Positions 59,701-64,000 of a stretch of 64,000 nt of DNA are shown piece after piece. The DNA comes from Mustelus asterias (Eukaryota). The notes under the pieces are model-generated. The model was given only the letters and a program-made list of their open reading frames with translations, searched no databases and was not told where the DNA came from. How positions within the stretch are numbered: position 1 is the stretch's first letter; each line of letters opens with the position of its first letter. The stretch is taken from the NCBI RefSeq assembly GCF_964213995.1, contig NC_135822.1, forward strand, positions 1,240,001-1,304,000, written 5' to 3'. The position numbers and the translations under genes are program-made.

Positions 59701-61100
59701 AAGCCAATGCTTTTCTGCAGCTGGCCACTAGGGAGCGCTTAAATGTTTTGGGTGGAGTAGCTTGTGCATATTTTCCTATCTTCCCTGTGATAGCAGCTTG
59801 TATTCAGAGAATGGTTATTGCACTGGCATTTCTAATTTGCACTCTGTCAACAGAGATCAGGGCAAGAATTCATAGTGTGGAAAAAATTAAGTGCAGCCTC
59901 TTGGTCTGTTACTGATACATTTCATTAAAACATGCCCTTGTAAGGTCCCATTTTATTTATTGATTTAATTTTTAGAAGGAACCAATAATGTCTTGTTAAA
60001 ATTTTATTTTATCCAGGTAAAATTATTGATGGCTTACTCGTAATGAGGAAAATTGAGGTAAGCAATGATCTATTTTGGTAATATTTATAACTGAAAAGCA
60101 AATACTGTAGCTGAGTTAAATATTTGCTATTCAAACAGTGAGGTGCTGTCTGCTGCCAAATATTTTTGTTTGCATCTAATATACACATGTAGTTCACCAG
60201 AAAAATTACATGAAGCAGACTTTTATGGTCCCTCCAGCCAGCAGGATCTTCTGGTCCCACTGGCAAGAGACAGGGGAGGTGTTGACCTAGTGGTATTATC
60301 GTAGACTATTAATCCAGAAACTCAGTAAATGTTCTGGGGACCCGGGTTTGAATCCCTCCACGACAGATGGTGGAATTTGAATTCAATTTTTAAAAATCTG
60401 GAATTAAGAATCGACTGATGACCATGAAATCATTGTTGATTGTCGGAAAAGCCCACCTGGTGCATTAATGCCCCTTCGGGAAGGAAATCTGCCATCCTTT
60501 CCTGATCTGGCCTACATGTGACCCCAGAGCCACAGCAATGTGATTGACTCTCAGCTGCCCTCCACGGGCAACTAGGGATGGGCAATAAATGCTGGCTCAG
60601 CCAGCGACACCCAAACCCCACGAATGAATAAAAAAAATGATGGAAAGGCTTTGAAGAGTCAGGAAGTCAACACTCGCAAAAGAATGCGCTGCCTCAGACC
60701 AGCCTGTCCATAACAGCATTACAATGCCCCCATATTCTCCCCCCTCCCTCCCTGCAACTGAACAGTATAACCAGGTTATTCCCCATGCCCATTCCTCATC
60801 ATGCTGAATCTATTTCCTGGCCACCACACCCTGCAATCTGATTCTAGTTTAATGGTCTACCTACTCTGTAACTGTTTCATTTGAACACTGACCCTGGTTT
60901 TGACACCCATATACTGCCACATGGAAGATTGAATAGTATATTAAGTTTTTGGTTGTGAAAATAAAGCAGCATGTTCTATATGAAGGTTTTCACATTTGTT
61001 ATCTCGTCATTAATATATCTTCTGCCTGCAGAATGTCCCTGCTGGACCCAGCAACAAGCCTAAACTTCCGGTGGTGATTGCACAGTGTGGAGAAATGTAG
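35639..61100 (+). CDS. PPIH: Peptidyl-prolyl cis-trans isomerase H (cyclophilin H, U4/U6 snRNP), 9 coding exons, 177 aa
   Basis: Exons 35639-35704, 46141-46205, 46294-46317, 47883-47927, 54255-54297, 56912-57004, 57536-57623, 60017-60057 and 61032-61100 are all GT-AG (534 nt). PPIH-diagnostic [19 protein letters not shown] and [14 protein letters not shown]. Confidence 0.97.
35800..35975. repeat. 31-bp tandem array, each unit containing a CCAAT box (minus strand)
   Basis: ATTGG at 35814, 35845, 35876, 35907, 35938 and 35967. Confidence 0.85.
36270..37710 (+). mobile_element. Second CR1-group LINE family fragment, interrupted by a CR1 3' end (36646-37035) and a V-SINE (37065-37380, minus)
   Basis: [20 protein letters not shown]...DAQFGF...AFDRVWH RT motifs, distinct from the main CR1 family. 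Confidence 0.75.
37711..38578 (+). mobile_element. CR1 3' portion
   Basis: [21 protein letters not shown]. Confidence 0.9.
38763..39396 (-). mobile_element. Young CR1 3' fragment (same subfamily as 43383-45786 and 50001-51910)
   Basis: Near-identical [24 protein letters not shown] region and tail. Confidence 0.95.
39683..40134 (+). mobile_element. CR1 3' fragment with clustered A>G substitutions
   Basis: Aligns to 28168-28620 and 54934-55380 (both minus), with about 18 A>G changes. Confidence 0.92.
40225..40752 (+). mobile_element. Second CR1-group LINE family RT fragment
   Basis: [35 protein letters not shown]. Confidence 0.75.
42505..42880 (+). mobile_element. V-SINE dimer (internally deleted copy plus full copy, tail type 2)
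   Basis: Two successive heads and V cores; tail as in 9247-9525. Confidence 0.85.
43383..45786 (+). mobile_element. Young CR1 LINE, 5'-truncated (APE end, RT, tail)
   Basis: Long ORFs with [27 protein letters not shown] and VPQGSVLGP. Few disablements. Confidence 0.97.
46141..46205 (+). CDS. PPIH: PPIH exon 2
   Basis: cacag|[21 protein letters not shown]..|gtaaa. Confidence 0.95.
46294..46317 (+). CDS. PPIH: PPIH exon 3 (24-nt microexon)
   Basis: tttag|.QFCTGEF..|gttag. Confidence 0.93.
46450..46752 (-). mobile_element. SacSINE1/DeuSINE-like SINE
   Basis: Reverse-complement similarity to 60273-60638. Confidence 0.6.
46763..47028 (-). mobile_element. V-SINE, tail type 2
   Basis: Full tRNA-like head and V core. 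Confidence 0.9.
47883..47927 (+). CDS. PPIH: PPIH exon 4
   Basis: aacag|.[14 protein letters not shown]..|gtatg. Confidence 0.95.
50001..51910 (+). mobile_element. Young CR1 LINE, 5'-truncated, nested in an older CR1 (49855-53040)
   Basis: Nearly identical to 43872-45786; complete RT motifs including KFADDTK. Confidence 0.97.
53199..53352. mobile_element. Penelope-like (family A) fold-back micro-insertion
   Basis: Inverted termini, with a perfect 13-bp TSD AATATTGCAATAG (53186-53198, 53353-53365). Confidence 0.85.
53510..53854 (-). mobile_element. V-SINE (HE1-like), full length
   Basis: Head ggcggcacggtagcacagtggttagc, B box ggttcgattccc, V core, CR1-type tail. Confidence 0.92.
54255..54297 (+). 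CDS. PPIH: PPIH exon 5
   Basis: ttcag|.[14 protein letters not shown]|gtaag. Confidence 0.96.
54934..55897 (-). mobile_element. CR1 3' portion
   Basis: [24 protein letters not shown] and a tail. Confidence 0.95.
56912..57004 (+). CDS. PPIH: PPIH exon 6
   Basis: cacag|[31 protein letters not shown]|gtaag. Confidence 0.96.
57536..57623 (+). CDS. PPIH: PPIH exon 7
   Basis: aacag|[29 protein letters not shown].|gtaag. Confidence 0.96.
57729..57951 (+). mobile_element. V-SINE, internally deleted
   Basis: tRNA-like head and CR1-type tail. Confidence 0.8.
58405..59160 (+). mobile_element. Second CR1-group LINE family 3' end
   Basis: Overlaps 40420-40752 in sequence and ends gggcaacaaatgctggcc, the tail shared with the SINE at 60273. 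Confidence 0.75.
59356..59670 (+). mobile_element. V-SINE (HE1-like)
   Basis: Head, V core and ttctatgatt tail. Confidence 0.85.
60017..60057 (+). CDS. PPIH: PPIH exon 8
   Basis: tccag|.[13 protein letters not shown]|gtaag. Confidence 0.95.
60273..60638 (+). mobile_element. tRNA-derived SINE, SacSINE1/DeuSINE-like
   Basis: A-box/B-box-like head (cctagtgg...gggtttgaatccc) and tail gggcaataaatgctggc...gaatgaataaaaaaaa. Confidence 0.7.
61032..61100 (+). CDS. PPIH: PPIH exon 9 (last coding exon)
   Basis: tgcag|[22 protein letters not shown]. Confidence 0.96.
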   Translation, partial: NVPAGPSNKPKLPVVIAQCGEM

Positions 61101-61658
61101 AGTAGACTGATAAAGGAAAGTCTGGTTCTGAGAAGTGTAAAGAGATCTGCACTATGCCCCGCATGTTATTTGTCATGGTGTCCATGGAAGCTAAATGGTC
61201 GTTGGTTGTTTTGGAGATCTGGGATTTTGACTTCAAAGTTTTTCACCTAAGATCCTCACCTAGGCCAATAGGAAATTTCCGTGCTATGAATGAGCTAATC
61301 TAAAATCATTTCTGCTCTGAAAAGAAATCATTTTGATACAGATATTTATTTTTAAACCTCACCTTGGGACAAAAATATAGCCCCGGTGAACAGCTGGCTT
61401 ATGAGCATGTTTCTGAATCTGAATCAAAAAAAGACTGTCCAGAAAATGAGCCTTTTATTTGTAACTATAATCTTGGTTTAATGGTCTTTCTTAATAACCA
61501 AACTTCAAGTTATTGATTTTCATTTTTTCCAAAAGGAATCTGCATTGTTAAATTCCAGTTAAAGCAAAGCTGAGTGTTACTACTGCAGCTTATATTCAGT
61601 TTATATTTGTTTTTCAGACCACAGCATTTTCTAATGAGCCAAATGGACAGTGTCAATT

Positions 61659-61675
61659 AATAAATTTGAAATAAA
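61659..61675 (+). terminator. PPIH polyadenylation signals (tandem AATAAA)
   Basis: AATAAA at 61659-61664 and 61670-61675, followed by a GT-rich tract. Confidence 0.65.
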
Positions 61676-61979
61676 ACTTTTGACTACGTTATTTAGCGTG
61701 TGAGTGGTGATAATTCCAAGTATTAACCATTTTATGGAATTCCTTTTGCAAAGGATTGGAACCCAAATACTGTATGAATTGGGAAACAATTCTAAATTTC
61801 ATGTATCTCTGATATTCACAGCTAATATATTATAATTCTTTATTGAGTACTGACAGCAATTAGGAGGGAATTGGCCCAAAATAACTGGACAGGTAAGTTA
61901 ACAAATGAGCGGATGAATCGAGAATGGGAAGTCTTCAAATATAAAAGTACAAAATAAATACATTTCTAATCAGGCCAGA

Positions 61980-62885
61980 TGTAGTTTGAGTTAATGTAGT
62001 GTTAGAGTGCCATTTTGAGTACAAAGTGTTCATATAAGCCTTTCTCATATGTAATTGTTTTACTGCCATCTGTTGAGGGTTCTGAGCATGTGTGGGTTTT
62101 GGAGGGTTTTTCAGTCTGCAGGAGAGTGTTGCGTAAGCAAGATCTGTTTTACTAGTGCTCCTGTTTTGATCGTTACTACTGTTGTGCTGAGTTGCAGTTA
62201 TTGTTAAATCTTGTTATTTATATAAAGAAGGCCATTATTTAAACAACGCTTTTGATTACCCTTACTTGTGGTCTCAAGTTACCACATCCTTTTGGCAAAG
62301 AGGAGAAAATGACAAGAAAAGAAAACAAAGTTTTTCCATGTTCAGGGTGGCGATATGGAGTTGCGTACAGTGAACCACTATTTTCATCATGGGTTTATTC
62401 GATGGAATTTCAAGTTAGCAATACCATTGCTATGTTCGGGGCAGTTAGTGAGTTCAATGAGAGAAGCAAAGACTGGGCTGAATGATTGGAGAAGTTGCGG
62501 CATTTTTTAGCAAACGGAATGGAAGATGAGGGGAAGCAGCGTTCGATTGTTCTGTGTGTGTGGGACAAAGACTGAAGATGATGAGGGATCTGGCTATGCC
62601 ACAGAAGCCAGGGGAGATTTCGTTAGCAGATTTGAATGCTCTAGTCCAGAATCAACACAACTCAAAGCCCTTGGTCTTTGTGCAAAGATTAAGATTTTAT
62701 AGCCATTTTCAAAAAGGTTAATCGGTAGCTAACTTTGTGGCAGAATTATGCCTGCTTTCAGAACACTGATTTTGGAACAGTTTTAGAAGATATTCTCAGA
62801 GATAGGCTGGTCTGTGGCATTAGTGAGAACAGCATTCAGCTGATTGCTGAATGAAGGTGCACTCATGGCGTGGACAAGGTATTGG
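61980..62885 (+). mobile_element. Decayed Gypsy LTR retrotransposon: 5' LTR (~61980-62286), PBS-like site, gag relic
   Basis: TG...CA followed by TGGCAAAGAGG. Degenerate gag MFGAVSEFNE..DWAE...FVAEL..LSEH..FG..LEDILRDRLVCGI. Confidence 0.7.
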
Positions 62886-62887
62886 AA

Positions 62888-63928
62888 GCAAAGAACAATA
62901 CAGGAACAGGCCCTTAGGCCCTCCAAGTCTGCGCCGCTCATGTGCCCACTAGACCATTCTTTTGTATCCCTCTATGCCCAGTCTGTTCATGTGGCTATCT
63001 AGATAAGTCTTAAATGATCCCAGCGCGTCCGCCTCAATCACCTTGCTTGGCAGTGCATTCCAGACCCCCACCACCGTCTGTGTAAAATACATTCCCCTGA
63101 CATCTGTGTTGAACCTTGCCCCCCTCACCTTGAACCCATGACCCCTTGTGTTCGTCACCTCCGACCTGGGAAAAAGCTTCCCACTGTTCACCCTATCTAT
63201 GCCCTTCATAATTTTATACACCTCTATTAGGTCACCCCTCATCCTCTGTCTTTCCAGGGAGAACAACCTCAGTTTACCCAATCTCTCCTCATAACTAAGC
63301 CCCTTCATACCAGGCAACATCCTGGTAAACCTTCTCTGTACTCTCTCCAAAGCCTCCACGTCCTTCTGGTAGTGTGGCGACCAGAACTGGATGCAGTATT
63401 CCAAATGTGGTCTAACCAACATTCTATACAGCTGCAACATCATATGCCAATTTTTATATTCTATGCCCCGTCCAATAAAGGCAAGCATGCCATATGCCAC
63501 CTTCACCACCCTCTTCACCTGTGCTGCCATCTTTAAGGATCTGTGGACTTGTACACCCAGGTCCCTCTGTGTGTCTATACTCCTGATGGTTCTGCCATTT
63601 ATTGTATAGCTCCCCCTTACATTAGATCTACCGAAATGCATCACTTCGCATTTATCTGGATTAAATTCCATCTGCCATTTCTCCGCCCAATTTTCCAGCC
63701 TATCTATATCCTGCTGTATTCTCTGACAATGTTCATCACTATCCGCAACTCCAGCAATCTTTGTGTCATCCGCAAACTTACTGATCACACCAGCTACATC
63801 TTCCTCCAAATCATTTATATATGTCAGAAACAGCAGAGGTTCCAGTACAGAGCCCTGCGGAACACCACTAGTCCCAGACCTCCAACCGGAAAAAGACACC
63901 TCCACTGCTACCCTCTGTCTTCTATGGC
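62888..63928 (-). mobile_element. CR1 3' portion
   Basis: 333-aa ORF with [16 protein letters not shown] and LVRPHLEYC, plus a tail. Confidence 0.95.
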
Positions 63929-64000
63929 TAAACACAGTAAGAAGTCTCACAACACCAGGTTAAAGTCCAACAGGTTTATTTGGTAGCAAATACCATAAGC
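63929..64000 (-). mobile_element. Penelope-like (family A) terminal repeat, cut by the window edge
   Basis: Matches 8655-8725. Confidence 0.85.

Noticed and set aside
60011-60022. CAG|GTAAAA at the PPIH exon 8 acceptor as a recursive splice site
   Set aside because: The GT is dictated by the conserved Gly-Lys codons, and nothing else supports it.
8655-64000. Recurring ~30-110-bp repeat as a CRISPR-like array
   Set aside because: The copies are dispersed, carry TSDs and match Penelope termini. The DNA is eukaryotic and there are no spacers or cas genes.
10714-64000. TCR D, J or C segments downstream of the V
   Set aside because: No 12-RSS-linked FGxG J motif or C-domain exon was recognised by eye. 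A small segment could have been missed.

Overview
Eukaryotic, vertebrate genomic DNA. The repeat content (abundant CR1 LINEs, HE1-like V-SINEs, SacSINE1-like SINEs, Penelope-like elements) points to a cartilaginous fish, most likely a shark; this is an inference. Three host genes can be assembled from splice sites and conserved peptide sequence. (1) A solitary, intact T-cell receptor V segment, most likely TRBV (+ strand; leader 10167-10212, V exon 10373-10675, RSS 10676-10713). (2) TAF10 (- strand, 5 coding exons, 29401-22501, 165 aa). (3) PPIH/cyclophilin H (+ strand, 9 coding exons, 35639-61100, 177 aa), head-to-head with TAF10. Most of the rest is transposon-derived: CR1 fragments of several ages, solo LTRs, a Gypsy relic, Rex1/Babar-type tails, SINEs and Penelope-like elements (PLEs). 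Main observations: a series of PLE fold-back insertions from 29 bp to 1.7 kb with ~13-bp target-site duplications (TSDs) and minimal hammerhead ribozymes, plus a second PLE family with a U3-A8 compensatory hammerhead core; a CR1 copy with clustered A>G changes resembling a fossil ADAR-hyperedited RNA; an apparently exact duplicate of the TAF10 last exon fused to a CR1 tail; a TCR V whose RSS points at two housekeeping genes; and a 31-bp-phased array of six CCAAT boxes in PPIH intron 1. All alignments were done by eye, and repeat boundaries are approximate.
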